IMG/VR virus record: IMGVR_UViG_3300031521_000027
Coordinates: 32,001-96,000 of that record
Direction: 5' to 3' (one strand)
DNA length: 64,000 nt
Origin: a virus
Shown here: positions 28,224 through 38,246 of the stretch, piece after piece
Layout: each line of letters opens with the position of its first letter
Position numbering within the stretch: the first letter of the stretch is position 1
The notes under the pieces: model-generated
Told to the model about the DNA's origin: nothing
What the model saw: only the letters and a program-made list of their open reading frames with translations
Database searches by the model: none
Position numbers and translations under genes: made by a program

Positions 28224-30829
28224 CCACTCGCAACTACGGAGCCCTCCGGGAGGCCTACGGGTCCAAGGGTGCGGTCTCCTTCATCGACCGGATCACAGCC
28301 AGCGGTAAGCCCTTCGACTTCGACATCGAGGCGGGCTACACCGGGGACGACAAGAAGGGTGTCTCCCTCCAGCAGTACCACCCCGACTACCTCGTGGTCG
28401 GCATCTCCTTCACGGTCTCCACCGAGTGGGCCCGCTACATCCCCTTCGCCCACGACAGCGGCGGCAACATCGACGACATCGTCCCGGTGGCCCGCGCCTT
28501 GTGGCGGCTGCTCAGCTCCGGGCAGGGGATCGCCCACAACGCAGCCTACGAACTCAAGGGCATGTCCCGGTGGTTTCGTGAAACGTTGTGGAACGACGAC
28601 GAGCTGGGCGAAGAGATCCGACGCACCAAGGGCATGTTCCCGATCCTCGCTGACACGATGCTGCTGGTCTGGCTCGCCGCCTGCTACGACCCGCTCCGCG
28701 TCGGCAAGGACCTGAAGTCGGTGGCCAAGGCCGCGTTCGGCATGGAGATGACCCACTTCGACGACCTCTTCCCCACCACTGACACCGACCTCGGCCCGGC
28801 CATGAAGCGGGGTGGCAAGCCGTACATCCGGTTCAACACCCGCAACTCCTACAGCCCCGTGATCGTGGGCTACGCCTGTGAGGACTCCGTCGCCTCCTTC
28901 ATGGTCTGGGAGAAGCACTACGAGGCCCTCAAGGACACGTTCATCTTCAAGACCGAGATGGCCCTGCTCCCGGGACTGGTGGAGATGGAGGCCGGGGTCA
29001 TCGATCCGGAGACCGGGGTCGCCTCCGGCAACATGTTCTTCCACTGGCCCAACGTCCGCAAGAAGTCCGAGGAGGCCCTGCGCTTCGCCACCCTCATGGG
29101 TGAGGAGATTCAGGACCAGCTGGGCAAGCGGCTGAACAAGACCATCAACATCAACCTGAACTCGGTCCCGCAGCTGGCCAAGGTCCTGTTCGACGAGAAG
29201 CCCGACGGCCTCGGCCTGCCAGTGAAGGTGCGCTCGGAGAAGACCGGGGCACCCAGCACCAGCGACGACGCCCTGAAGGTGATTGCCAAGTCCGACCCGA
29301 TCATCAAGATGATCCTTGAGTACCGGCAGGTGGTGAAGCTCAACGGGTCCTACCTGACCAAGTTCATCAACGAGCTGGGCTACTCCGGCACCGGCTACGT
29401 CTTCCCCAACCACAACCAGTTCGGTGCCCTCACCGGGCGGCTCTCGGTGGATCAGGTCAGCTACCAGCAGTGGCCCAAGCCGTACCACTTCCAGCTGCTG
29501 TCCGGGCTCACCTTCGACCTCAACTTCCGGGACCTGTTCATCTCCCCGGACCACTTCCGGATCGTCGGCTTCGACTACGCCAACGTGGAGATGCGGATCG
29601 CCGGGGCCCTGTCCGGTGAGCGCAAGATCATCGACGCCTTCAACAACGGGCTCGACCTCCACAAGTCCACCGCCTCGGCCACCTTCAAGGTCAGCCTCGA
29701 AGATGTCACCAAGAAGCAGCGGCAGTCGGCCAAGACCCTGAACTTCGCCACCCTCTTCGGGTCCGGTGCAGGGAACATCGCCGAGATGCTGACCAGCCCC
29801 TCCGACCCGGTGACCAAGGAGGACGCCGAGCAGATGCTGGAGGACTACTTCGCTGGGTACCCAGCGCTGGCCGATTGGATCGCCAGCCAGAAGGCGCACG
29901 GTCGTGAGTCCAAGGAGGTCCGCACCCACTTCGGTCGGCTCTACACCATCTGGGAGCACTACCAGCCCAAGGAGTGGATCAAGGCCAAGGGTGACCGGAT
30001 GTCGGTCAACGCACCGATTCAGGGCACCGCCGCCGACATCCTCAAGATCGCCATGGTCCGTGCCAAGAAGGCCATCAAGGAGGCCGGGCTGGAGGACCTC
30101 GTCCGGATGACCCTGACCGTCCACGACGCGCTGGAGTTCCTCGTCCACGAGTCCGTCTCCACCCAGCAGGTCATCGACCTGATCGAGCCCTGCGTCAACT
30201 TCCCGGTGCCCGGCTTCCCGCTGGAGATCCGGGCGGACTGGCACGAGGGCTACCAGTGGGGTGCCCAGACCGAGGTCCGGCTCGACGAGAACAAGCAGAT
30301 CAAGAGCTTCGACATCGAGGTGGAGCTGCCGTGGCTGAAGGAGTCCCACTACTGGGAGGGCTCCACGCTGCACGAGGTGCTGGACCAGTACTACGCGTGG
30401 GAGGCAGGCTTCTTCGGCTTCTCCGCCCCGTACTACGCCACCCGCAACCCAGACTTCTCCCTGCCCGAACCCGCAGATGCCTCCCAGCAGCCCGACGTTG
30501 CCGCTGTGGAGCCTGAGGAGGAGGACCCGGGGTGGTTCCACAGCGCGGAGCACAACGCCGCACTGCTGCCCCCCAAGACCGCCACGGTGACCATCTCCGA
30601 GATGCCCGACGAGGAGCAGTGGCTGAAGTTCACCACCTACCTCGACTTCCGGCAGGGTGTGGACACGGTCAAGGTCGAGACCCCGGAGGGTGTCGTCACG
30701 CTCGACGGCACGTTCCGGATCTCCCCGGACGATCAGCCAGCCATCAGCCTCATCCTCGGAGGGGCCGGTCTGGTGATCGCTGACGACGTGGCCGACGCCG
30801 ACGACGTGATGGCAGGGATGCTGGTATGA
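28220..30829 (+). CDS. polA: DNA polymerase family A with 3'-5' exonuclease
   Basis: FDIE, HNAAYE, DYANVEMR (motif A), RQSAKTLNF (B), NAPIQGTAAD, VHD (C). Confidence 0.95.
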   Translation: MTTRNYGALREAYGSKGAVSFIDRITASGKPFDFDIEAGYTGDDKKGVSLQQYHPDYLVVGISFTVSTEWARYIPFAHDSGGNIDDIVPVARALWRLLSSGQGIAHNAAYELKGMSRWFRETLWNDDELGEEIRRTKGMFPILADTMLLVWLAACYDPLRVGKDLKSVAKAAFGMEMTHFDDLFPTTDTDLGPAMKRGGKPYIRFNTRNSYSPVIVGYACEDSVASFMVWEKHYEALKDTFIFKTEMALLPGLVEMEAGVIDPETGVASGNMFFHWPNVRKKSEEALRFATLMGEEIQDQLGKRLNKTININLNSVPQLAKVLFDEKPDGLGLPVKVRSEKTGAPSTSDDALKVIAKSDPIIKMILEYRQVVKLNGSYLTKFINELGYSGTGYVFPNHNQFGALTGRLSVDQVSYQQWPKPYHFQLLSGLTFDLNFRDLFISPDHFRIVGFDYANVEMRIAGALSGERKIIDAFNNGLDLHKSTASATFKVSLEDVTKKQRQSAKTLNFATLFGSGAGNIAEMLTSPSDPVTKEDAEQMLEDYFAGYPALADWIASQKAHGRESKEVRTHFGRLYTIWEHYQPKEWIKAKGDRMSVNAPIQGTAADILKIAMVRAKKAIKEAGLEDLVRMTLTVHDALEFLVHESVSTQQVIDLIEPCVNFPVPGFPLEIRADWHEGYQWGAQTEVRLDENKQIKSFDIEVELPWLKESHYWEGSTLHEVLDQYYAWEAGFFGFSAPYYATRNPDFSLPEPADASQQPDVAAVEPEEEDPGWFHSAEHNAALLPPKTATVTISEMPDEEQWLKFTTYLDFRQGVDTVKVETPEGVVTLDGTFRISPDDQPAISLILGGAGLVIADDVADADDVMAGMLV

Positions 30830-31332
30830 GCAACGAGTCCGACTTCGAGGCCCAGATCATGGCGTGGGTCACTGAGACGCTGGAGCTTCGCCACGGTGAG
30901 GCAGGGGACCCCAAGGGCAGGCTGCGCGGTGCTGAGCAGGAGAGCATCGCGGAGATGACCGACCTGCTGCTGCGGGTCAGGGCACGCGCCGACCGGGTCG
31001 ACGAGCTGCTGAGCAAGGTCACCCTCGCTCGGGGCCGGGCACGTAGGGCCAAGGAGGAGGCAGCCTTCACCGCTGACCGAGCCCTGATGCAGGCCACCCA
31101 GATCCGGGGGGCGAAGAGGACCGAGTTCTCCTCCGCCGCCGAGCGGGCAGCCGACGCCAAGCTGGATTCGTTTGAGGAAAGAAGGGTGGCTTATCTTAGG
31201 GACAGATTGGTATCGGTTACCAATGATGCCCACGAAGTGATTTCACAGGTTCACTGGCAGCTGGACGCCATCCGCAAGGACCTGCGCGCCTCGCTCCACG
31301 CCCTCCAGTTCGAGTCCTCGCTGGAACGGTGA
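30826..31332 (+). CDS. coiled-coil protein, possibly UvsY-like recombination mediator
   Basis: All-helical; lies beside SSB and RecA. Confidence 0.45.
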   Translation: MSNESDFEAQIMAWVTETLELRHGEAGDPKGRLRGAEQESIAEMTDLLLRVRARADRVDELLSKVTLARGRARRAKEEAAFTADRALMQATQIRGAKRTEFSSAAERAADAKLDSFEERRVAYLRDRLVSVTNDAHEVISQVHWQLDAIRKDLRASLHALQFESSLER

Positions 31333-31339
31333 CGTCATT

Positions 31340-31370
31340 CTGCGGATTGTCAGTGCTGATCCGTACCATT
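31340..31370 (+). promoter_or_regulatory. putative middle promoter CTGCG-N15-TCCGTACCATT
   Basis: Consensus match upstream of SSB-RuvC-RecA. Confidence 0.65.
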
Positions 31371-31427
31371 AGTTAGAAGCCAACGAGTCCGGAACTATCC
31401 GGCTCCCGGGAAACAAGAAAGAGACAG

Positions 31428-32552
31428 ATGCCCAGAGTCACATTCGAGGAAGAGAACAGGGTTGCAGTCACGAACTACGACTACCCGAAGCTCAAGCTCA
31501 AGAACGGGGAGCGCGCCCGCATCCTCGTTGGTCTGGAGAACCCCGTCATGGAGTTCGTCCACACCCTCCGCAAGCCGCAGATCATCAACGGCGTCGTGCA
31601 GATGGAGACCAAGGAGCGCAAGGACAAGTCCACGTTCGAGGACTACAAGACCGACTTCATCACCAAGGCGATCTGCATGGGCGACGCCACCATCCTCGGC
31701 GAGAAGGGCAGCGACCCCAAGAACTGCCCGATGTGCAAGCTGGCCAAGGACTTCCCCGACTACGCGCAGGAGCCGCAGCGCCGCTACGCCATGCACGTGA
31801 TCCGCTACCGCACCAAGGCCGGGACCACCACGCTCCAGACGCCGTACTCGGTCGAGGTCCTCGTGTGGGGCTTCGCCGACAAGGTGTTCAACAAGCTGAT
31901 CGACGCCAAGAAGGAGTGGACCGACCTGCGCAAGCACGACCTGCTCCTCGGCCCGTGCTCCAGCGAGAACTTCCAGCAGTTCGACATCGCCGTCGCGGCG
32001 AACGCCGAGTGGCTGGGCGACAAGGAGCGTCAGACCATGACGGCGCTCTCCTTCCGCGAGAACCAGATCCCCGATCTGACCATCGCCTGCGGTTCGCCGA
32101 AGCAGCTCCAGTGGGTCCAGCAGGACATCGCCGCCGTCATGGAGGCGTGGAATCAGGTCAAGGGTGTGGCTGCTCAGGCTGCATCCACCGAGGGTCTGGA
32201 AGACGACCTCAACGGCCTGCTGGATGGCATCGGCGGCGTTGGCATCAGCGACGACGAGGTCAACCTCGACACGGGGGAGATGCTCGATGAGCTGCCCGAC
32301 GTGCTGACCGACGACCTGCTCGCAGGCATCGGCGACGACCCGGCTGAGGAGCCGGTCGAAGAGCCCGCTGAGGAGCTGGCTGAGGAAGCCACCGAGGAAA
32401 CCTCCGACGACCTCCTTGCGGGGCTGGAGGAGACCAAGGTGGCAGAGCCGGTCAAGAAGGCCCCCGCCAAGGCTGCAACCAAGGCCCCTGCCAAGGCTGC
32501 TGCCGAGCCCGCCGTCGACAACTTCGACGACCTGCTCGCTGGTCTGGTGTGA
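31428..32552 (+). CDS. single-stranded DNA-binding protein (gp32-like)
   Basis: LKLK.GE..RI, CPMC, long acidic tail ending FDDLLAGLV. Confidence 0.75.
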   Translation: MPRVTFEEENRVAVTNYDYPKLKLKNGERARILVGLENPVMEFVHTLRKPQIINGVVQMETKERKDKSTFEDYKTDFITKAICMGDATILGEKGSDPKNCPMCKLAKDFPDYAQEPQRRYAMHVIRYRTKAGTTTLQTPYSVEVLVWGFADKVFNKLIDAKKEWTDLRKHDLLLGPCSSENFQQFDIAVAANAEWLGDKERQTMTALSFRENQIPDLTIACGSPKQLQWVQQDIAAVMEAWNQVKGVAAQAASTEGLEDDLNGLLDGIGGVGISDDEVNLDTGEMLDELPDVLTDDLLAGIGDDPAEEPVEEPAEELAEEATEETSDDLLAGLEETKVAEPVKKAPAKAATKAPAKAAAEPAVDNFDDLLAGLV

Positions 32553-33148
32553 GCCTGATCCTCTCGGTGGATCTCGCCGCCAAGCTCTCCGCAGTGATCC
32601 TGCGGGGGGCTGGTGGTGGGGTCACCGCCCAGTTCGACTCCCGGGACAAGCCCCCACTGCGCTTCCTCCGGGAGATCGCGTACGCCGCCGACGAAGCTGA
32701 CATCGTGGTCGTGGAGGACGTGCCCTACGGCATCTCCAACCAGATGATGATCAAGCCCGTGCTGCGGTTGCAGGGAGCCCTGCTGTCCTACCTGTCGGTC
32801 ACCCAGAGCGTGAGCAAGACCCTGTTCATGGGTCCCTCCGTGTGGATGAAGGACTACCCGGGCATTCAGGTAGCGACCACCAAGGGCCTGACGAAATCCG
32901 CCTCCGACAAAGAGCGAATCGAGACGGCAAGAATCCACGCTGAAAGGCTGGGCTACACACCCCCGGATCTTGTTTCCGAATACGTCTCCGGATTGCCGGA
33001 AGGCAAGAAGGTCCTCAAGAAGAACACCAACGTCTTGGAGAAGTCGATGACCGACTACATCTCCGCATTCCTGATGGCTGAGTTCTGTAGCCGGTTCACA
33101 TTCGAGGAGCTGTCGGGAATGCCCGGCGTCTCCACCGCCTCACTCTGA
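32549..33148 (+). CDS. RuvC-like Holliday junction resolvase
   Basis: ILSVDLA, VVVED, PSVW motifs. Confidence 0.7.
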   Translation: MSLILSVDLAAKLSAVILRGAGGGVTAQFDSRDKPPLRFLREIAYAADEADIVVVEDVPYGISNQMMIKPVLRLQGALLSYLSVTQSVSKTLFMGPSVWMKDYPGIQVATTKGLTKSASDKERIETARIHAERLGYTPPDLVSEYVSGLPEGKKVLKKNTNVLEKSMTDYISAFLMAEFCSRFTFEELSGMPGVSTASL

Positions 33149-33157
33149 GAAGGATTC

Positions 33158-34423
33158 ATGGCTGTCGCAAAACCGAAGGTCTCCGGCCTCGCCCTCCTGC
33201 TGGCCCAGTCCGAGAAGAAGTACAACCTCGCGGTGGGCACGCTGGACTCCATCGCCACGGACACCGTGTTCATCTCCACCGGGAACATCGCCATCAACCA
33301 CGCCATCGGTGGCGGCGTCCCCATGGGGCGCACGGTGGAGTTCTACGGGCCTCCCAGCTCGGGCAAGACAACACTGGGCATCCAGACCGCTGTGGAGATG
33401 CAGCGGGTCATCCTGAGCGGCGGAGACCCCTCCCGTGGGATCGGCCCGGACGACTCGATCATCTACCTCGACTACGAGCAGGCCTTCGACGCCGGGTACG
33501 CCCATGCGCTGGGGCTCGACACCAGCCACAAGTCCTTCCTCTTCGGCCAGCCCGACATGCTGGAGGAGGGCGCGGACTTCCTGATGGAGGCGTTCAAGAC
33601 CGGTGAGGTCCGGCTGGCCATCGTCGACTCCGTCGCGGCCATGACCCCCTCCGCGCAGGCTGAGGCCGACTCGGTGGGCAAGTCCCTCCCGGCGGTGCAG
33701 GCCAAGCTGATGAAGGTGTTCGGCACCAACCTGAACGCCGTGCTGAAGAACAACAACGGCACGGTCATCTTCATCAACCACGAGATCGAGACCATGGAGA
33801 TGGGTGGCAACCGTCGGCCCGGGATGCCCGCCCCCACCTCCACCCCGGGGGGCAAGGCGCTGAAGTTCTTCGCCAGCGTCCGGCTCCAGTTCCGCCAGAT
33901 CCGCAACGTCAAGGGCAAGATGATCGACGCCCTCACCAAGCAGGAGATCGAGATCCCGGTGGCCACCGACGTCAAGGTCAAGGTGGTCAAGAACAAGGTC
34001 GCTCCGCCGTTCCGGGAGTGCATCGTGCGGGTCCGCTTCGGCAGGGGCTTCGACGACTTCTGGACCGCCATGCAGATCCTGCTGGCCAACAAGAAGATCA
34101 TCTACGCCAACGGCAGGTACTACTTCCACAACCTGATCGAGGAGATCCCCGCCGAGTGGATGGGCCGGGAGACCACCGGGACCAAGCGCCCCTACCTCCA
34201 CGGGGAGGCTCGGGTCTTCTCCAGCGCCGACGCCCACACCGAGTGGAGGACCGCGATGATCGACCTCGCCAAGGTGGTCGCACTGGAGAACGTGGCCTCA
34301 CTTGCGTCCGTGGCCAAGTTGGGCGTACCAGAGAGTGAGGACGATGACGAAGATGGCATCGACGGCGCTGAGCTGGACGAGCTGGTCGGGGCCTCAACGG
34401 CAGGCAACAGGATCGACATCTAG
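33158..34423 (+). CDS. recA: RecA-like recombinase
   Basis: ISTG, GGGVPMGR.VEFYGPPSSGKTT, IVDSVAAM, PGGKALKF, KNKVAPPF. Confidence 0.95.
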   Translation: MAVAKPKVSGLALLLAQSEKKYNLAVGTLDSIATDTVFISTGNIAINHAIGGGVPMGRTVEFYGPPSSGKTTLGIQTAVEMQRVILSGGDPSRGIGPDDSIIYLDYEQAFDAGYAHALGLDTSHKSFLFGQPDMLEEGADFLMEAFKTGEVRLAIVDSVAAMTPSAQAEADSVGKSLPAVQAKLMKVFGTNLNAVLKNNNGTVIFINHEIETMEMGGNRRPGMPAPTSTPGGKALKFFASVRLQFRQIRNVKGKMIDALTKQEIEIPVATDVKVKVVKNKVAPPFRECIVRVRFGRGFDDFWTAMQILLANKKIIYANGRYYFHNLIEEIPAEWMGRETTGTKRPYLHGEARVFSSADAHTEWRTAMIDLAKVVALENVASLASVAKLGVPESEDDDEDGIDGAELDELVGASTAGNRIDI

Positions 34424-34516
34424 GCAGGACTTGTTTCTTGAAACAGGTAGTGCTATCGTCCTTTTTAGAAACAGCGGTCACCTAGACAGCTCAAGACAGC
34501 ACGGAAGGAGCCAGTA

Positions 34517-35683
34517 ATGGCCACCGTTACCCTCTCGGACATGGCGCACAAGCTGCTGTCCATCGAAGAGATCACCCAGCAGCTCCAGAAGACGGAGCCG
34601 CTGACCGACGAGCGGATCGACAACGAGTCGAAGGTCCGCTTCCGCTTCACCCCGGACTGGGCCCACGGCATCGAGACCGTCGCCGGTACTGCTCCGGTCG
34701 ACGTCACCATGACCATCAACGGCACCGACCGCCAGATGACCAAGGAGGCCGTCCTTCAGGCCGGTGCCAACTTCGGCCTGCCGGGTGCCTACATGCGCAA
34801 GATCCCGGCCAACTTCGCCGAGGGCCTGCTCAACCACCACTACTCCACCGGCATGGGCTCGGAGGCTTTCAAGGTCCTGTCCGTCGCCGACCGGATCAGT
34901 GCGTTCACCCGTCCGACGCTGGTCCCCTTCTCCAACATCCAGCTGCTCAACAGCGTGGTCGAGGGCATTCAGGAGATCCATGGGGCCAACACCCCGATCT
35001 ACGCCGACTACAAGTACGCCAACTCGCTGCTGCGCACTGACATCCGGCTCATCGTCCCCGAGGCCGAGCGCGTCATGGACGACACCAACATGGACGACAT
35101 CCCCGAGGGCTCGTGGGATACGTGGCTGGCCGGGATCCACCTGTCCAACTCCCTGATCGGCAAGACGCAGACCTCGGAAGAGGCCTTCATGTTCCGCTGG
35201 TGGTGCACCAACGGCTGCACCACGACGCTCGACTCGCTGGGCAGCTGGAGCCGTCGCCGCGACGGTCAGGAGGAGGACGTCTACGAGTGGGCGCGCACCT
35301 CCGTCAACGAGATCCTCGGTGGCATGGAGCACATGTTCGATCAGGTGCAGGCGCTGACCCAGCTCAACGTCACCGGCAACACCCCGGACGTCCTCCGCGA
35401 GATCTTCGCCCAGTACGAGGTGCCGGTCAGCCAGCGCGAGTCGATCATGACGCGGCTGGTGGGCATGGGCGAGATCACGATGTACCACATCATGCAGGCC
35501 ATCACCGAGGTGGCCAACGAGTCCGACATGGAGGACCGTCGCCGGGACCGCTTGATGCGGATCGGCGGAGCCCTTCCGACCACGACCTTCGACACCCTGA
35601 AGGCCCGTGTCTGGCGCGAGGGTCACGCTGCTGACGCCGAGCAGCTGAACCCGTACGAGCCGCTGGTGATGATCGCCAGCTAG
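34517..35683 (+). CDS. DUF932/DUF945-like protein
   Basis: GI.LSNS..G, FR.WCTNG signature. Confidence 0.7.
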   Translation: MATVTLSDMAHKLLSIEEITQQLQKTEPLTDERIDNESKVRFRFTPDWAHGIETVAGTAPVDVTMTINGTDRQMTKEAVLQAGANFGLPGAYMRKIPANFAEGLLNHHYSTGMGSEAFKVLSVADRISAFTRPTLVPFSNIQLLNSVVEGIQEIHGANTPIYADYKYANSLLRTDIRLIVPEAERVMDDTNMDDIPEGSWDTWLAGIHLSNSLIGKTQTSEEAFMFRWWCTNGCTTTLDSLGSWSRRRDGQEEDVYEWARTSVNEILGGMEHMFDQVQALTQLNVTGNTPDVLREIFAQYEVPVSQRESIMTRLVGMGEITMYHIMQAITEVANESDMEDRRRDRLMRIGGALPTTTFDTLKARVWREGHAADAEQLNPYEPLVMIAS

Positions 35684-35689
35684 TCAAGC

Positions 35690-35748
35690 CCGGTGCTGGG
35701 CCCCATCACATCCATCTAGGGGTAGGGGGTGGGGGCCCAGCACCGTTT
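35690..35748 (+). terminator. hairpin CGGTGCTGGGCCCC...GGGGCCCAGCACCG
   Basis: 14-bp perfect stem followed by TTTC. Confidence 0.6.
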
Positions 35749-35768
35749 CATGAATCGAGAGGCACCCG

Positions 35769-36398
35769 ATGTCCAGCAAGTTCCCGACCGCCACCCACTG
35801 CTTCTGGCTGGACGTCGAGTCCACCACCCTGCCCACCGAGCACGACGAGATCATCGACTTCACCGGGGTGCACATCTTGGAGGTGGGGGTCATCCTCACC
35901 GACGTCGGGCTGAACATCATGACCGAGTTCGGCGGTGGTGGGTATCAGGCGGTGACCAAGCTCACCATGGCAGCTGCGGACTCCCTGCGTGCCAACGAGA
36001 TCACCCGGGAGATGCACAAGGAGAACGGTCTGATCGTGGACTGCTCGCGCGCCACCCAGACGCTGGCCGACATCGACACCGAGCTGGACGAGTGGCTCAC
36101 CGAGACGGGCGTGGCCAAGGGCATGTGGGCCATCGCAGGGTCCGGCGTGGCTGCGTTCGACCACCCACTGGTCAAGGCCAAGATGCCCAAGGTCGCCAGC
36201 TGGCTGGCCTACTACCCCTACGACTGGGGCATCTTCCGCAGGTGCATCGCGAGTGCCGCAGGCCAGTACGTGGTGAACCCCCAGCTCGCCAGCTACGGGG
36301 ACGCCAAGGTGCACCGCGCCTTCAACGACGTGGAGGCCCACCTCCGTGAGGCCCAGAGCTACCGTGATTGGGTGAGATCGCTACCAGCCCCTGAGTAG
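35769..36398 (+). CDS. oligoribonuclease-like DEDDh exonuclease
   Basis: WLDVEST, ILEVG.I.TD, MH.ENGL, AGSGV.FD, HRA.ND. Confidence 0.85.
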   Translation: MSSKFPTATHCFWLDVESTTLPTEHDEIIDFTGVHILEVGVILTDVGLNIMTEFGGGGYQAVTKLTMAAADSLRANEITREMHKENGLIVDCSRATQTLADIDTELDEWLTETGVAKGMWAIAGSGVAAFDHPLVKAKMPKVASWLAYYPYDWGIFRRCIASAAGQYVVNPQLASYGDAKVHRAFNDVEAHLREAQSYRDWVRSLPAPE

Positions 36399-36410
36399 AA
36401 ATCATCACGG

Positions 36411-36420
36411 GCCGATCTTC
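36411..36420 (+). promoter_or_regulatory. putative late promoter GCCGATCTTC
   Basis: Repeated 10-mer upstream of lysis-related membrane gene. Confidence 0.65.
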
Positions 36421-36454
36421 TGAGGTGGGAAAGCACATTCAGGAGGGGTCCAAC

Positions 36455-36994
36455 TTGTCCAACATCCCGCAGTGGTTGGCGGACATAACTGTCGGTCAGA
36501 TCTTTGTTGTTCTGGTCGGGATCGGGGCCATCGTGGCTGCGTGGAGGTTCGTTTCCCCGTTGGCTGTGGGACTCAAGCATTTCTTCGAGGACTGGAACGG
36601 AGAGCCTGACCGGAAGGGTGTCGATGGGCGTCCCGGGGTCATGGCCACCCTCAAGGATCACGGCGACGAGATCATCAAGAACACCGCCAAGCTGGAAGCC
36701 ATCGAGTCGCAGGTGACCCCGAACCATGGCTCCGAACTGAAGCTCGCAGAAGAGCTACAGAACCTCCGCAAGGAGGTCGCCACTCTCAATGAAGGAGTGG
36801 CCAAAACACAGGTCGATGTCGCCTCTCTTACTTCCGGGATGAAGGAAACTCAGGGGGCCTTGAACGAGCACTTGGAGAACGTCCCGGTGATCTTGGCCGA
36901 CCTGCTGGAGAAGGCCAGCGACAACGCCGCCGAGATGATCGTCACTGCTCGGGCAGGTCACCTCCAGCCCACTCTCTTCGAGGATCACCGCTGA
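36455..36994 (+). CDS. membrane-anchored coiled-coil lysis accessory protein
   Basis: N-terminal TM, DW.GEP.R.GV..RPGVM, PNHGS motif of actinophage holin-adjacent proteins. Confidence 0.7.
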   Translation: MSNIPQWLADITVGQIFVVLVGIGAIVAAWRFVSPLAVGLKHFFEDWNGEPDRKGVDGRPGVMATLKDHGDEIIKNTAKLEAIESQVTPNHGSELKLAEELQNLRKEVATLNEGVAKTQVDVASLTSGMKETQGALNEHLENVPVILADLLEKASDNAAEMIVTARAGHLQPTLFEDHR

Positions 36995-37044
36995 GTCGAT
37001 CTTCATGGGTGTGAAGGACTGACCACGTACAAGAAGAGGACCCA

Positions 37045-37584
37045 ATGACATCCCTGTCCGTACTGCTCACGCCGGATTTCTGGAAAGGAATCGGCTTCGC
37101 ACTGTTCCGCACCTTCGTGGCGGCAGTGTTCCCCTTCCTGCTGGCCTACTCCGCAGGCATCCCCATCCTCCCGCTGGCGGTGGTGTCGCAGGTCGTTCTG
37201 GTCCTGATCATCACCGTGCTGACCTCCTTCAAGGGGCTCCCTGAACCGGGACCCAATGCGGGCTTCTGGGAGATCCTTGGCAGCAGGTTCATCCGCCAGT
37301 TCACCCAGTTCATGATCGCTGGCATTGGCACCATCCTGTTGGTTGAGAACGTGCCGTGGACGACCCTCCTGCTGGGCGCTTTCGCCTCCGCAGCAGCCAC
37401 TGCCATGCAGGCTTCCCTGATCGTCATCCCCGGTGTGAACGTGGCCTCCTCCCCGGCAGTCGTGGTCGCTCCCGCAGGGACCATCGTCATCACGAACAAC
37501 AGCATCCCTACGGTTGAGATTGTTGAGGACTACGCCCCGGAGCGGGCCGCGTCGGTGGACGAAGAGGACCCCCCACTGACCTGA
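37045..37584 (+). CDS. holin (4 TM, internally duplicated r1t-like)
   Basis: FW....FRTF / FW....IRQF duplicated halves; late-type 10-mer at 36995-37004. Confidence 0.7.
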   Translation: MTSLSVLLTPDFWKGIGFALFRTFVAAVFPFLLAYSAGIPILPLAVVSQVVLVLIITVLTSFKGLPEPGPNAGFWEILGSRFIRQFTQFMIAGIGTILLVENVPWTTLLLGAFASAAATAMQASLIVIPGVNVASSPAVVVAPAGTIVITNNSIPTVEIVEDYAPERAASVDEEDPPLT

Positions 37585-37602
37585 GATTCGCTACCTACAG
37601 GA

Positions 37603-37646
37603 AGAACCGCCCCCGCCCTCGTATGAGGCTGTTCGGGGGCGGTTCT
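37603..37646. terminator. hairpin AGAACCGCCCCCG...CGGGGGCGGTTCT
   Basis: 13-bp stem after holin. Confidence 0.6.
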
Positions 37647-37679
37647 GCGTAATGCACCAAGAGAGGCGTACCAGTGAGT

Positions 37680-38246
37680 ATGAGCAATGAAGACCACCCG
37701 GGGACTGTGACCCCATCCAAGGCCGTGGAAGCAACCGTGGAGAAGGCCGTGGCGGCGGTGGTGGATGCGTCCGTCACCGAGCAGCACGCGGCTGCTGCTG
37801 AGCACGACTCCATGGCCGCTGAGCACACGGTCGCCGCCGACCGGAGCAATGCACTGATTCAGGACAGGGCAGACCGCCGCAAGTTCATGCTGAAGATGGT
37901 CAACCGGATCGGGGTGTGGATCGTCCTGCTGTTCGCCGCGTTCGGAGCTGCGGTCTTCATCCAGTCCGTGCTGGCCACCCTCGACGAGAAGGCCACCCAC
38001 CGCAACGAGTTCGTCTCGGAGTGCGCCACGGGCGGGAACCGTGTCTTCGTCGGCGACAACAACCAGTGGGTCTGCGTCAAGGGCGACGTGATGTCGGTGA
38101 CCAACACCAGCGGCGAACCGGGAACCCCCTCCAAGGCCGACGCACAGGCAGCCTGTGTCACGCTGGGCTTCCTGCCCCTGAGCCCCTTCAACGCCGAGAC
38201 GTGGGTCTACTGCGTCAAGGGTGTTGTCGTGGACGTGCTCCAGTGA
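37680..38246 (+). CDS. membrane protein with Cys-paired extracellular domain, leaderless
   Basis: Middle promoter 37645-37675 then ATG; one TM helix; two C...WV.C repeats. Confidence 0.65.
   Translation: MSNEDHPGTVTPSKAVEATVEKAVAAVVDASVTEQHAAAAEHDSMAAEHTVAADRSNALIQDRADRRKFMLKMVNRIGVWIVLLFAAFGAAVFIQSVLATLDEKATHRNEFVSECATGGNRVFVGDNNQWVCVKGDVMSVTNTSGEPGTPSKADAQAACVTLGFLPLSPFNAETWVYCVKGVVVDVLQ

Noticed and set aside
34322-34336. GGCGTACCAGA within recA and CCGTACCAGT at about 53422 as middle promoters
   Set aside because: Intragenic; the recA copy lacks the final T and the 53422 copy lacks the CTGCG -35; unresolved and not counted
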